In this document: positions 12,293-22,881 of the stretch, one piece after another | Layout: every line of letters begins with the position of its first letter | Numbering within the stretch: position 1 is the stretch's first letter | Assembly: GCA_001001115.1 (NCBI GenBank) | Contig: LCIO01000001.1 | Location: 71,501 to 135,500, forward strand | DNA: 64,000 nucleotides | Direction: 5' to 3' | DNA from: Candidatus Wolfebacteria bacterium GW2011_GWA1_44_24 | Lineage (GTDB): Bacteria > Patescibacteriota > Minisyncoccia > UBA6257 > UBA9933 | Translations under genes and position numbers: made by a program | The notes under the pieces: generated by a model | What the model saw: only the letters and a program-made list of their open reading frames with translations | Told to the model about the DNA's origin: nothing | Database searches by the model: none

Positions 12293-14287
12293 TTATAACG
12301 TCTTATTTTTCAACAGCATCGCGTTGATTGCGACGATTACGGTTGAAAACGACATGAATAAAGCTGCAAGAGCCGGTTGCAAAAGAATGCCCTTTGACGC
12401 AAGAATCCCCGCGGCAAGCGGAAGCGCGACCACATTATAGCCGGTTGCCCAAAAAAGATTCTGGATCATTTTAGAATACGTCATTTGCGAAAGCTTGATA
12501 ATTTTTACGATATCCATGGGATTATTTCTGACCAGAATAATTCCGGCTGATTCTATGGCGACATTGGTGCCCGCGCCAATGGCAATGCCGAGATCGGCTT
12601 GAGTAAGGGCGGGCGCGTCATTGATGCCGTCTCCGACCATAGCAACTTTAAGATTGCGTTTTTGAAGCTCTTTCACTTTTTCTGATTTTTGATGCGGCAA
12701 GACGCGGGCAAAGTATTCATCAATGCCGAGTTCTTTACTCACCCATTTCGCCACGTCTTCCGAATCTCCGGTAATCATCGCGGATTTAATTCCTAATTCT
12801 TTAAGAGTTTTAAGCGCGTCTCGCGATTCTTCGCGGACAATATCGGTCAGAGCGATTGCGCCCAAAAGCACGCGGTCTTTTAACGTAAAAATAACGGTTT
12901 GTCCTTTTTCCCCCGCGTTTTCCACTTGCTTTGAAATTTCAGCAGGAATGGCAATTCCGACATTTTCAAGAAGCGCCGGACCGCCAACCATAACTTCTTT
13001 GTCGTCAATTACGGCCTTAACTCCTTTTCCTTTCAATGTTTCAAATTTTTTGGGTTCTTTAAGCGACAGTCCGCGCTCTTTGGCTTTGTTAACCACCGCC
13101 TTTGCGATAGGATGCTGAGAAAACGCGTCAAGAGAAGCGGCTAATTGTAGAGTTTCATCTTGCGTGTGTCCATTAATATTCCAAATTTCCACAACTCCGA
13201 ATTCACCTTTCGTCAAAGTTCCTGTTTTATCAAAAAGCACTACATCAACAGTTCGAGCCGATTCCAGGGCAAGCCGCTGTTTTATTAAAAATCCGTTTTG
13301 CGCCGCTTTGGTTGTAGAAATAGAAGCTACGAGCGGCACAGCAAGGCCCAAAGCGTGCGGGCAGGCAACGACAAGCACAGCAACGAGCCGGGCCACCGCA
13401 AATCCAATATCGGCGCCGGCCGCAAACCAGGCGACGAGAGTTATCAATCCTCCAACAACGGCAATAATTGTCAAATAAAACGCCGCCCTGTCAGAAAGCA
13501 TTTGAAACCGCGACTTGGACGCTTGCGCCTCGGTTACCAAGCGCATAATGCCGGCAAGAAAAGTTTTCTCTCCGATATTTGCGATTCTTATTTTCAATGC
13601 CCCGTCGCCGTTTATCGTGCCGGCAATGACTGAATCTCCTTCTTTTTTGAAAACCGGTCTTGACTCTCCGGTAATCATTGATTCATTCACGTCAGATTCT
13701 CCGTCTATAACTTTGCCGTCAGCGGGGATTTTTGCTCCGGATTTCACAAGAACAGTGTCATTCTCCCGAAGCTCAGAAAGAGGAATTATTTTTGTTCCGC
13801 CGTTGTGTATCACTTCAGCGATGTCTGGAAGCAATTTTGACAATTCTTTTAGCGCGCCTTGCGCGCTTGATATCGCGCGCATCTCAAGCCAATGGCCAAA
13901 AAGCATGATGGTAATAAGCGTCGTAAGTTCCCAAAATAAAGCTTCAACGCCGGCAAATGCGGCGTAAATGCTCCAAAAATAGGCGGCGAAAATCGCGATG
14001 CTTATAAGTGTCATCATTCCCGGCAATCTGCCTTTAATTTCTCGCCACGCTCCGGCAAGAAACACCCAGCCGCCGTATAAAAATACGATTGAGCCAAAAA
14101 CTAAAGGGATATATTGAGAACCAAAAAACACCGGCGCTTTAAAATCAAAAAACGTTTTCAGAATGTCCGAATAAAAAATCACCGGTATGGTTAAAATCAA
14201 ACTTATCCGGAATTTTTTGAGAAACATTTGCGGACTATGCCCAACATGTTTGTTATGAACCGCGTGTTGCTGATGCTCGATTTTCAT
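12293..14287 (-). CDS. Copper-translocating P1B-type ATPase (CPH, CopB-like)
   Basis: His-rich N-terminus, TGES, ACPHALG, DKTGTLT, HP, GDGINDAP. Confidence 0.93.
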   Translation of the reverse strand: MKIEHQQHAVHNKHVGHSPQMFLKKFRISLILTIPVIFYSDILKTFFDFKAPVFFGSQYIPLVFGSIVFLYGGWVFLAGAWREIKGRLPGMMTLISIAIFAAYFWSIYAAFAGVEALFWELTTLITIMLFGHWLEMRAISSAQGALKELSKLLPDIAEVIHNGGTKIIPLSELRENDTVLVKSGAKIPADGKVIDGESDVNESMITGESRPVFKKEGDSVIAGTINGDGALKIRIANIGEKTFLAGIMRLVTEAQASKSRFQMLSDRAAFYLTIIAVVGGLITLVAWFAAGADIGFAVARLVAVLVVACPHALGLAVPLVASISTTKAAQNGFLIKQRLALESARTVDVVLFDKTGTLTKGEFGVVEIWNINGHTQDETLQLAASLDAFSQHPIAKAVVNKAKERGLSLKEPKKFETLKGKGVKAVIDDKEVMVGGPALLENVGIAIPAEISKQVENAGEKGQTVIFTLKDRVLLGAIALTDIVREESRDALKTLKELGIKSAMITGDSEDVAKWVSKELGIDEYFARVLPHQKSEKVKELQKRNLKVAMVGDGINDAPALTQADLGIAIGAGTNVAIESAGIILVRNNPMDIVKIIKLSQMTYSKMIQNLFWATGYNVVALPLAAGILASKGILLQPALAALFMSFSTVIVAINAMLLKNKTL

Positions 14288-14302
14288 TTTTAATCGGCTA
14301 CA

Positions 14303-14524
14303 TTAGCTTAATTCTTTCTTTTTTTCCTCAAATTCTTTTTTGTCAATTTCGCCCTTGGCATAACGTTCTTTAATAATATCTAAGGCAGATTTGTTTTCTC
14401 TTTTCCCCCCTTGGTTCGCCAACCATTTTAATAAAACAATTATGCCGGCAATAACCAATACCCAAAATAAAACCATAAAAATCCAGCCAAAACCGAAACC
14501 AAAACCGCTATAATCGTACATCAT
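14303..14524 (-). CDS. SHOCT-domain small membrane protein
   Basis: TM helix then [21 protein letters not shown]. Confidence 0.85.
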   Translation of the reverse strand: MMYDYSGFGFGFGWIFMVLFWVLVIAGIIVLLKWLANQGGKRENKSALDIIKERYAKGEIDKKEFEEKKKELS

Positions 14525-14564
14525 ATTTTTTAATATAAAATTATTTATTTAATTACTCGACCTT

Positions 14565-15434
14565 TTATACGCCGCAGCCTCCTCCGCCTTGCGGCTGAAT
14601 CGGTTCAACTTCGGAAAGAATTTGCTGGTAGCCAGAAGCGCTGAAATAAGCTGAACTTAAAATTTCTTTAGGGTCAACATTTTCCCAATCAACGCCGCGA
14701 TTTTGAAAATATTTGGCAATAGTCAAATAAGTGTCCGGAAACCAGTAAGAATTGACAATAAGCGCGACGCGGTACATATCGCTTTCGGAAACTCCCTGAT
14801 TTGCCATTAATTCCAACAGTCCCAACATTGCCATGCCGTGATTGCAATCCGGAAAATAAGTGGAATTTCCGCAACAGGGCCGGTAAATATTTTTAGAAAC
14901 TCGTTCAACCAAAGATTGCTGTTCGTTTGTCAAATCAATGAATTGATGTTTGCTGTAATGATTCATCGTATCGTTTTGGCTCATTGTCCAGCCGCCAGTT
15001 GAAGCGAAATTTCCCGCGCCGCCGTATTGCGAGTCGGTCATTGGCCCGTTCTCTAAAATTTCATTTTTATTCGCCAAACCAAAAGCCCAAAACAAATTAA
15101 GAATATAACCGGCGTTTTCGGAATCGATTGTCAAATTTCCGTTATTTTCTCCGTAAAGAAGATTTTTGTCTTCATTATTTAATCCTCCGCGCTGATTATA
15201 AAGCATTTCAAATTTGTTGGCGTCAATGGCGCCGGATTCAACCAGTTGTTTTCCTAAATTTCCCCACTTGACCGGCAGTTCAACGCCGTTTGCAGGAATA
15301 ATTTCTTCCGCGGCAAAATTTGATTGCGATTCCGGCGCGTTAACAGCTTTTAATCCCGCGCCGTAAATTAAAGCGCCGGCGATAAGCACGCTGGAAAATA
15401 TCAGTGAAGTGGAAAGCAAAGGATTATTATTCAT
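14565..15434 (-). CDS. Secreted Cys/His-motif hypothetical protein
   Basis: RPCCGNSTYFPDCNHGMAM and C-terminal GGGCGV. Confidence 0.65.
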   Translation of the reverse strand: MNNNPLLSTSLIFSSVLIAGALIYGAGLKAVNAPESQSNFAAEEIIPANGVELPVKWGNLGKQLVESGAIDANKFEMLYNQRGGLNNEDKNLLYGENNGNLTIDSENAGYILNLFWAFGLANKNEILENGPMTDSQYGGAGNFASTGGWTMSQNDTMNHYSKHQFIDLTNEQQSLVERVSKNIYRPCCGNSTYFPDCNHGMAMLGLLELMANQGVSESDMYRVALIVNSYWFPDTYLTIAKYFQNRGVDWENVDPKEILSSAYFSASGYQQILSEVEPIQPQGGGGCGV

Positions 15435-15440
15435 TAATCG

Positions 15441-15983
15441 TTATTTTATAATTTCCACGAAAATTTTCAATTCAATTTCCCGATTGGTCGGATCATTGGT
15501 TGGAATAAAAACCGAACGCGAAAATCGGCCTTCCGGCTCTTCGTGAAAATTGGGGTCAAATTTAACTTCTATGCTAATTTTTTCATTTGGAGCGGCTTCT
15601 TTTTTATCTGCTTGTGCGGAAGCGCAGCCGCAAGAAGTGGATATCTCTCCAATGATCAATTTCCCTTCGCCGCCGTTTAAAATAGTAAATTTTTTACTGA
15701 CAACGCCGTCAATTCTGCTGATTTTCCCAAAATCATATTCCAAAACGCTTATTTCAGCTTTCGGATTTTTATCGGAATTTGATTGAAAAGACAAAGACGG
15801 CCTATTTAGCATTCTTTTGACGCCAGAATTCGCCTCATCTATTTCTTCCCCGATATGTACAAGTTGTTTTTCAATTGCTGAAATCTTTTTGTTGGCGATA
15901 AAAAAGTTGGCGATCAGAATCATAATGCCGATAAACAATGTCGAAATCGCGATGATTTGGATATTTTTTATTAATTTTTCCAT
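15441..15983 (-). CDS. DUF1573-like protein
   Basis: YDFGKI...F.I.N.G...L.I...TSCGC. Confidence 0.75.
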   Translation of the reverse strand: MEKLIKNIQIIAISTLFIGIMILIANFFIANKKISAIEKQLVHIGEEIDEANSGVKRMLNRPSLSFQSNSDKNPKAEISVLEYDFGKISRIDGVVSKKFTILNGGEGKLIIGEISTSCGCASAQADKKEAAPNEKISIEVKFDPNFHEEPEGRFSRSVFIPTNDPTNREIELKIFVEIIK

Positions 15984-15985
15984 AT

Positions 15986-16501
15986 TTATTTTATTACATT
16001 GGCTTCAATTGACAATTGAAGCGTTGGATTTATTTTAGAATTTGTTTCTAAATAAATAAGGCGTTTGACTTTGCCGATATCTTCCGGGCCGTGCGCCACC
16101 GGGTCAAAAACCGCTTCAACGATAATTGATTCGCCGTTTTTTACTTCAATGTTCGCCGCGCTTAAACCTCCCCCATGCCCCGGCATACCGAAAATTCCCA
16201 ATTCTTTTCCATTTTCGTCAATAATGACGGCTGTCGTGCACATGCAAGAAGTATAAACTTTCTTGATGATTATTTTTTCATTTCCTTCGTTTTTAAGCTT
16301 AAATTTGTAAAAGGCGTTTCCGTCAGCCATAGGAATCGTTCCGAAATCAAATGCCGGTTCTTCGGCTACAAGAGCACTATTCGAAATTACATTTACCGCG
16401 CCGCTGTTCTGCCGGCTTGTCCCAAAGCTCAAAAACCATATCAATCCTCCGATAACAAGAATTACGATGATTGCAATGATAATAATATTTTTATTTTTCA
16501 T
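15986..16501 (-). CDS. DUF1573-like protein
   Basis: FDFGTI...TSCMCT...GMPGH. Confidence 0.75.
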   Translation of the reverse strand: MKNKNIIIIAIIVILVIGGLIWFLSFGTSRQNSGAVNVISNSALVAEEPAFDFGTIPMADGNAFYKFKLKNEGNEKIIIKKVYTSCMCTTAVIIDENGKELGIFGMPGHGGGLSAANIEVKNGESIIVEAVFDPVAHGPEDIGKVKRLIYLETNSKINPTLQLSIEANVIK

Positions 16502-16614
16502 AATTAGAATTTTATTCGAAACAAAATAAACATAAATACAAATCCCGCCGATTGCGTCCGCTATAGCTTTATGTAACAGCGGATTATACGGAATTCATGT
16601 CTTATGTTTTTTTA

Positions 16615-17034
16615 CTAAAAAGAGGGGCTATTTTCGCGGAGAGCAAGCCAAGAAAAAAATTTTTGCCGAGAAATTGGAATTAAAAAATCTAAAAATCGCC
16701 TGGCTCGAAAATAAATGGCGGGTTTTAATAATCCGCGGCCGATGATGTTATCAAAAATTCCAAAAGTAAAAGATAAAAACAGAGCGGCGAGACAGGCAAG
16801 AAAAAGAATTATTGCGGAATTATTAAACGTTGAAATCAAAAAAATTTTGAAAAAATTGAAGTGAAAAACGATAAAAGAAATCGGGCTGTTTTCAGCTAAA
16901 CAATCCGCGCCATTGGCAACCGCGGCAATACAACCGTCTTGGCCGTGTTCACCGTTGTGATTCATGCCGACAATTCCAAAAACAGCTGCTCCGACAAAGC
17001 TGAAAATCAATATCGTTGTAAATGCGAATTTCAT
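16615..17034 (-). CDS. Small membrane protein, possible metal-sensing leader
   Basis: TM, MNHNGEHGQDGC..C, TM, C-terminal WLALRENSPSF; first gene of the metal cluster. Confidence 0.55.
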   Translation of the reverse strand: MKFAFTTILIFSFVGAAVFGIVGMNHNGEHGQDGCIAAVANGADCLAENSPISFIVFHFNFFKIFLISTFNNSAIILFLACLAALFLSFTFGIFDNIIGRGLLKPAIYFRARRFLDFLIPISRQKFFSWLALRENSPSF

Positions 17035-17087
17035 AAAAAATAATTATAAATCAAAATATCTAAAATATCAACGGTTGAATTATGGCG

Positions 17088-18893
17088 TTATTGTTTCCTT
17101 GTTCTTTTTCTTTCGTGTTCCGATAAAATCGCCTTTCTGATGCGGATATTTTTTGGGGTAATTTCAACCAATTCGTCTTCACCGATGTAATCCAAAGCGT
17201 CTTCCAGCCCCATCTGCTTCGGCGCTTCAAGCCCTTCCTGAACGCCGAAATTTTTTGTCCGAAAATTAGTCAGTTCCTTCGTTTTGCAGATATTCACCAT
17301 AATGTCTTCGGCTTTGGCATTTTGTCCCACCACCATTCCCTCATAAATTTCAACGCCCGGCCCGATAAAAAGCCGTCCCCGGCCTTGAGCGTTCAATAAG
17401 CCATAACTGTTGGAGACCCCGCTTTCCGAAGCCATCAATGAACCGTGAGGATTTGAAAAAAATTCTCCCTTAAATTCTTCATAGCCCATAAAAATGCTGT
17501 TGATTATCCCCAACCCCTTGGTATTTATTAAAAATTCGTTCCTGATGCCGATTAATCCTCTTGTCGGGACGACAAAATCCAGGCGAGCTTCCTCGCGCTC
17601 CACTTTCATGTCTTTCATTTTTCCCAATCTGCGGCCCATCATTTCGATAATAATTCCGGAAAATTTATCCGGCGACTCGATAAAAACAAGTTCCATCGGT
17701 TCCATTGTCTTTCCGTCAACTTCTTTTAAAATCACTTGGGGCTTGGAAACTTCCAACTCATGTCCTTCGCGCCGCATTTTTTCAATCAAAATCGCCAAAT
17801 GCAATTCTCCTCGTCCGGAAACAATCCAGCGGTCGGAAACGCCGGCCGGAACCACTTTCAACGCCACATCGGTTTCAAGTTCCTGTTCCAAACGTTCTTT
17901 AAGATTGCGCGAGGTCGTGTATTGGCCGTCTTTGCCGACTAACGGCGAAGTATTGACGCCGAAAGTCATTTTAATGGTCGGTTCGTCAATGGTGATAACC
18001 GGCAAAGCCTCGGGATTGTCAATATCAGAAATGGTTTCGCCGATGGAAATATCGGCGATGCCGGAAATCGCAACGATGTCGCCGGCCGCCGCTTCTTCAA
18101 CGTTTATTCTGTTCAAACCGTCGAAAAGCATCACCGAGGTCAATTGAATTTTTTTAATTTCACCGTTGCGATTAATATGGCTGACAACCATTCCTTTTTT
18201 CAAAACGCCCGAATACAGACGGCCGATGGCGATTTTGCCTTTGTAGTTGTCGTAAGCCAGATTCACCGTCAGCATCTGCAGCGGCTTATTTGAATTGATT
18301 ATCGGCGCCGGAATATATTCAATAATTTTTTCAAAAAGCGGCTGGACATTTTCCATTTTGCTTAAATCCGGCTCCAAGCCCGCTTTGCCCTGGATAGAAG
18401 AAGCGTAAATAACCGGAAAATTTATTTGTTCGTCGCCGGCCCCCAATTCAATGAATAAATCAAACGTCTGATTCAGCGCCCATTGCGGCCTGGCATCGGG
18501 CTTGTCAATTTTATTGATGACCAGAATAATTTTATGGCCCGCTTGAATCGCTTTTCTCAAAACGAATTTTGTCTGCGGCATCGGCCCTTCCTTGGCGTCA
18601 ACCAAAAGCAGAACGCCGTCAACCATTCTCATAATCCGCTCCACCTCGCCGCCGAAATCGGCGTGGCCAGGCGTGTCAACGATGTTGATTTTCACGCCTT
18701 TATGCTTAATTGACGCGTTTTTCGAGAAAATGGTGATTCCCCGCTCTTTTTCAAGCTCATTGGAATCCATTATTAAATTGTTTGCCTCATCGGTTTTTAA
18801 TTTAAATCCCTCCGATTGCTTTAAAAGCGCGTCGACCAAAGTGGTTTTGCCGTGGTCAACGTGGGCAATGATGGCGATGTTTCTGATATTCAT
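17088..18893 (-). CDS. typA: Translational GTPase TypA/BipA
   Basis: [44 protein letters not shown]. Confidence 0.96.
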   Translation of the reverse strand: MNIRNIAIIAHVDHGKTTLVDALLKQSEGFKLKTDEANNLIMDSNELEKERGITIFSKNASIKHKGVKINIVDTPGHADFGGEVERIMRMVDGVLLLVDAKEGPMPQTKFVLRKAIQAGHKIILVINKIDKPDARPQWALNQTFDLFIELGAGDEQINFPVIYASSIQGKAGLEPDLSKMENVQPLFEKIIEYIPAPIINSNKPLQMLTVNLAYDNYKGKIAIGRLYSGVLKKGMVVSHINRNGEIKKIQLTSVMLFDGLNRINVEEAAAGDIVAISGIADISIGETISDIDNPEALPVITIDEPTIKMTFGVNTSPLVGKDGQYTTSRNLKERLEQELETDVALKVVPAGVSDRWIVSGRGELHLAILIEKMRREGHELEVSKPQVILKEVDGKTMEPMELVFIESPDKFSGIIIEMMGRRLGKMKDMKVEREEARLDFVVPTRGLIGIRNEFLINTKGLGIINSIFMGYEEFKGEFFSNPHGSLMASESGVSNSYGLLNAQGRGRLFIGPGVEIYEGMVVGQNAKAEDIMVNICKTKELTNFRTKNFGVQEGLEAPKQMGLEDALDYIGEDELVEITPKNIRIRKAILSEHERKRTRKQ

Positions 18894-19054
18894 AATTAAA
18901 AAATACGACCGAATTTTTGGGGTCGTGTTATTACGATATCGCAAACCGATAAAATTGGCAAGAACTCCGCTAAATTTTCGCGGTTGCCTGACAAGAAAAT
19001 CCGCTCTCTTTGAGCGGATTTTCTTTGCGACTTGATTCTTCAAAAACTGCTGAT

Positions 19055-19972
19055 TTATTGCGTGGAGAATGACTGTTGACTGGAAGTCGCCGCGTTGTTT
19101 GAAGAATCTTTTGATTCCACGACATAAAAGTAAGTGGTGGTGGCGTTAAGCCCCGATAACGAAACGTTATGGCTTAAAACTAAAGCAACGTCAGCCTGCG
19201 AAGGCGTTGAGGTGCTGGAAATATCAATCGAAGTTGTGGTCGAATAATAAACCTTGCTGGTTGACAATTCATTGGTTATCCAAGCAACGACAGCCGAAGT
19301 CGAACTCGCGCTAACGGCAATGGCAGAAATAACGGGCGCGATTGTGTCCGGCGTTGAAGTTGCCGCGGGCGGCGTTGATGTCGCAAGTTTTGCAAGAATG
19401 CCGGGCGGCAATGTCTGGCAAGCGGGAACAATGAGACGAACTCCGTCTTGTTTGCGCAACCAGCCGGGCGCAATTAAATGGCCGGGCGGAACAATAGCGC
19501 ACGGTTTCCCGCCCGCAGAGCTAGTGGCGTTTTCAAAAGCCAGCGGATTTTTTTTCAAAAGTTCGTTTATTTTGCCAAGCGTTTTCGGTCCGACAATTCC
19601 CACGGATTCAAACCCGTGTTTTTTTTGAAATAGTTTTACGGCGCGGTTGGTCAGCGGCCCAAAAAATCCGGAAATAATTCCTTCGGGATATATTCCTTGG
19701 TCAGCCGCTAAAATCGCCTGAAGAATTTTTACTTGGTCTCCTTGCGCTCCTTGCCTTAAAGTCGTTGCTAGCTGAACGACCATTTGCTGTGTTTGCTCCT
19801 GAAGCTGTTTAATTTGCGTCTGAAGCTCTTGAATTTTCGCAAGCATTTCCTGAATGGTCGGCTGGCTGGAAGTTGCGGAAGTTTGAGCAATCGCCCCGAA
19901 AGGCGCAATGCCTATCATTAAAAGCGTTAAAAAAACTGAAATTTTTTTCATAAATTTATTACTTTCAATCAT
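19055..19972 (-). CDS. Secreted peptidoglycan-binding protein with FN3-like C-terminal domain
   Basis: LRQGAQGDQVKILQ...GFFGPLT..AVKLFQ...GIVGPKT; Ser/Thr-rich FN3-like tail. Confidence 0.75.
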   Translation of the reverse strand: MIESNKFMKKISVFLTLLMIGIAPFGAIAQTSATSSQPTIQEMLAKIQELQTQIKQLQEQTQQMVVQLATTLRQGAQGDQVKILQAILAADQGIYPEGIISGFFGPLTNRAVKLFQKKHGFESVGIVGPKTLGKINELLKKNPLAFENATSSAGGKPCAIVPPGHLIAPGWLRKQDGVRLIVPACQTLPPGILAKLATSTPPAATSTPDTIAPVISAIAVSASSTSAVVAWITNELSTSKVYYSTTTSIDISSTSTPSQADVALVLSHNVSLSGLNATTTYFYVVESKDSSNNAATSSQQSFSTQ

Positions 19973-20030
19973 TATAATTCTCGCCGACCTTTGAAATTTA
20001 AAAACAATAATATCTTAATTATGGAAAATG

Positions 20031-20723
20031 TCAACTTTTTATTGCGCCCCTTTTCTTAAAATAAACGCACTTGCCGCATTCCAAATCATCGCCGGGATAA
20101 GGGCCGTTTAATAATTTAACCATTTCCGTTATTTTTTTCTCAAGCGCGCCGAGGTCAATTTTTACCGGATCAATATGGCTCACGAATTCCACGTTCAGGG
20201 ATGGATTTTTTGTGTCTTTCACAAAGTAATGCAAAAGTATTGCGCGATCCGACGGTCTGTATCCATGTTCGCGAAACATCAACGCGTAGGCGTTAAGCTG
20301 CGACACATAGTATTTTTGCTTGTCTTCTTTGGGAGCGTATCCCGAAGATTTAAAATCGGTTGGAATCAATCGACCGTCTTTTTCAACAAGCACCTCGTCT
20401 AATTTACCCGAAAGCATATAGCCGATTTTTTCATTTATAATTCTCAAGTGCGATGAATGCCCGCGCCATTTATTCAAAGTTTCCAAATCGCCGAAAAGAG
20501 ACACGCCCTTTTCCCCGAGTTCTTGTATTTCCGGAGGTAATTCGTTTTTCTCCCGATACGTGTCATAACGCGACTTAAAAATGCTGTCCATTGCCATATT
20601 TAGCACCGGCGGAATGCCCGGCGCCTTTTCATGATGATTTTCAATCCAAAAACAAGCTTCACATTCTTCAAAACTGTATAATCCGCTCGGGCTTAATCTC
20701 CATAATCCTTCTTTTGATTTCAT
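20031..20723 (-). CDS. PD-(D/E)XK nuclease (RecB/Cas4-like)
   Basis: LSPS..C..CFW, GKLDEV...DFKS, QLNAY, C-terminal CGKC. Confidence 0.75.
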   Translation of the reverse strand: MKSKEGLWRLSPSGLYSFEECEACFWIENHHEKAPGIPPVLNMAMDSIFKSRYDTYREKNELPPEIQELGEKGVSLFGDLETLNKWRGHSSHLRIINEKIGYMLSGKLDEVLVEKDGRLIPTDFKSSGYAPKEDKQKYYVSQLNAYALMFREHGYRPSDRAILLHYFVKDTKNPSLNVEFVSHIDPVKIDLGALEKKITEMVKLLNGPYPGDDLECGKCVYFKKRGAIKS

Positions 20724-20754
20724 TGTATTTTATTATAATAAAAATTTGGAGAAT

Positions 20755-20789
20755 AAAAAACCGTCCCGCCTAGGCGGGACGGTTTTTTT
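20755..20789. terminator. Intrinsic terminator after the cold-shock gene
   Basis: AAAAAACCGTCCCGCC-TA-GGCGGGACGGTTTTTT perfect inverted repeat. Confidence 0.8.
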
Positions 20790-20798
20790 AACAATTGC

Positions 20799-20996
20799 TT
20801 ATGCGCGCGATACGTTTGTGGCGGCCGGGCCTTTTTCGCCCTGGACGACTTCGAAAGTGACGGCATCGCCAACTTTCAATTCATCAAACGTTACGCCACT
20901 TAATTCTTTGGAATGAAAGAAAAGATCCTTTGTTTCGCCTTCGCGAGAAATGAATCCAAATCCCCTATCCGTAAGAGTTTTAATGGTTCCGTTCAT
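20799..20996 (-). CDS. Cold-shock protein
   Basis: RGFGFI, DLFFH, GEKGPAATNV. Confidence 0.92.
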   Translation of the reverse strand: MNGTIKTLTDRGFGFISREGETKDLFFHSKELSGVTFDELKVGDAVTFEVVQGEKGPAATNVSRA

Positions 20997-21119
20997 GTGA
21001 TTTTATTTTTTAAGAAACTCGACTCTGTTTCTGCTTGCGCGTTCATCGCGCTTAATTGTCATAATAGTTTATAAAACATATTTTGTCAAGTCAAGAATAT
21101 TAAAGCAATTAATCTTCAT

Positions 21120-21581
21120 TTATTTTATATTTAAAAGTTCAACTTCAAAAATAAGAGTCGACTTCGGAGGAATAACTCCGGAGATGCCGTTTTCTCCGTA
21201 AGCCAAATTATAAGGAATCGTCAATTTTCTTTTTTCTCCGACTTTCATCCCTAAAACGCCGATGTCCCAGCCTTTAATCACTTGGCCTGCCCCCAAAATA
21301 AATTCAAAAGGTTGGCCGCGGTCCAAACTGGAATCAAACTTTTTTCCGTCTTCAAGCCAGCCCGTATAATGAACGGAAACTTTATCGCCTGCTTTCATCT
21401 CATCCCCCTTACCTGTTTTCAAAACTTCAATAATCGGCGTATTTTCAACAATTTGGCTTTTAATCGACTGGCTTTCACTTCCAGAATCATTGACGTTAAA
21501 ATTAAAATACCGCGCTCCGTAATAAGCGGCGATAAAAACAACGATTATCGCCAAAATTGTCCATAAAATATTTTTATCCAT
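21120..21581 (-). CDS. FKBP-type peptidyl-prolyl isomerase, membrane anchored
   Basis: [33 protein letters not shown]. Confidence 0.92.
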   Translation of the reverse strand: MDKNILWTILAIIVVFIAAYYGARYFNFNVNDSGSESQSIKSQIVENTPIIEVLKTGKGDEMKAGDKVSVHYTGWLEDGKKFDSSLDRGQPFEFILGAGQVIKGWDIGVLGMKVGEKRKLTIPYNLAYGENGISGVIPPKSTLIFEVELLNIK

Positions 21582-21583
21582 AA

Positions 21584-22336
21584 TCAAAATATTACACCAC
21601 TCTTGTTTTTTGCGCGAGACTCTCTTAATTTTTGAACTTCTTGATTTGTAAGAAAACGGTGGCCGCCGACGCCAAGATTGCCCAATAATACATCCCCCAT
21701 CCGGACCCGTTTTAATTTGACGACGGTAAGATGAATATATTCGCACATTCTGCGAATCTGATGTTTTCTTCCCTCTTTAAGAACAACGCGAAAAGTGTGG
21801 CTGTTTAAAACCTTGACAGCCGCCGGAAGAGTTTTTCCGTCTTCAAGCTCAATGCCTTTCTCAAATGAACGAATTATTTGAGAAGCGTTTATTTTTTCCC
21901 GGACGGCAACTTCATATTCTTTCTCCATAATATGGTCGTCTCCGGTTGCGGCCCTTGCGATAACACCGTCATTTGAAAGCAAAAGCAGTCCCTCGCTTTC
22001 TTTATCAAGCCGCCCCACAATATTTAATTTGGAAAATTGAGGAAAAAGATCATATATCGTTTTCCCCTCGGAAGGAATCCTCGAAGAAACAATTCCTCTT
22101 GGCTTATAAATAATTACGCTTTCTTTTTTGTTCTCTTTGCCGGCTGATTTAATGACTACTTCCACCTTATCCGTTCCCGGATTGATTTTGACTCCCATTT
22201 CCTTGACAACTTTGCCGTTTACGACAACCAAACCGCGCCTGATAAAATCTTCGGCTTCCCGACGCGAACAAACGCCTTGGTCCGAAAGATATTTTTGAAT
22301 TCTTATGCTTTTATAAATCACGTTTATTTCCGCCAT
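21584..22336 (-). CDS. rRNA pseudouridine synthase (RsuA/RluB family)
   Basis: S4 domain (SRREAE), [23 protein letters not shown]. Confidence 0.92.
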   Translation of the reverse strand: MAEINVIYKSIRIQKYLSDQGVCSRREAEDFIRRGLVVVNGKVVKEMGVKINPGTDKVEVVIKSAGKENKKESVIIYKPRGIVSSRIPSEGKTIYDLFPQFSKLNIVGRLDKESEGLLLLSNDGVIARAATGDDHIMEKEYEVAVREKINASQIIRSFEKGIELEDGKTLPAAVKVLNSHTFRVVLKEGRKHQIRRMCEYIHLTVVKLKRVRMGDVLLGNLGVGGHRFLTNQEVQKLRESRAKNKSGVIF

Positions 22337-22859
22337 ATTTCTTTCTTAATAAAATAAAAACTATTACCAGAGAAGAATAATTTAAAATAATAAACCACGG
22401 TTCGCTCCATAAAAACCCGTTGAATTTAAAATCGGAGGCGGGCCATAAAAACGGCGTCGGATAAAATTTATAACTGTGAGTCGGAATATCGATTAAAATA
22501 TGCAAAAGCCAAGCGAACATTTCCCAAACCGGTCTTTTAAAAATCAAGTATGCAATGCCGAAAATAACGACAAACGCGATTAAACTGTGGCTGAAATTAT
22601 AAAGCAAACTTGTAATTTTAAAAATTAAAAGAGTGTCTGGCTTTGCCGGCTCTGTCGCGTCAGGACTTGGAAAGTCAGAAAAATTTGAATAACCGAAAAT
22701 TAAACCTCCAAATAGCCAGATAAAAAGCGGAGCAAATGAAAAAACATCGGGGAAAATACCAAAAAGAACAGCGAGCCATGTTTTCATTCGCTGTTTTACT
22801 TTTATATTTGCGCTTTTATAAATTGCCGCGCTCCAAAGCCCGTGAGAAAATACATCCAT
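22311..22859 (-). CDS. Membrane-bound metal-dependent hydrolase (YdjM-like)
   Basis: SH, FPD, SHS, HILIDIPTH. Confidence 0.7.
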   Translation of the reverse strand: MDVFSHGLWSAAIYKSANIKVKQRMKTWLAVLFGIFPDVFSFAPLFIWLFGGLIFGYSNFSDFPSPDATEPAKPDTLLIFKITSLLYNFSHSLIAFVVIFGIAYLIFKRPVWEMFAWLLHILIDIPTHSYKFYPTPFLWPASDFKFNGFLWSEPWFIILNYSSLVIVFILLRKKYGGNKRDL

Positions 22860-22881
22860 ATATATTAATTATACCACTTTT

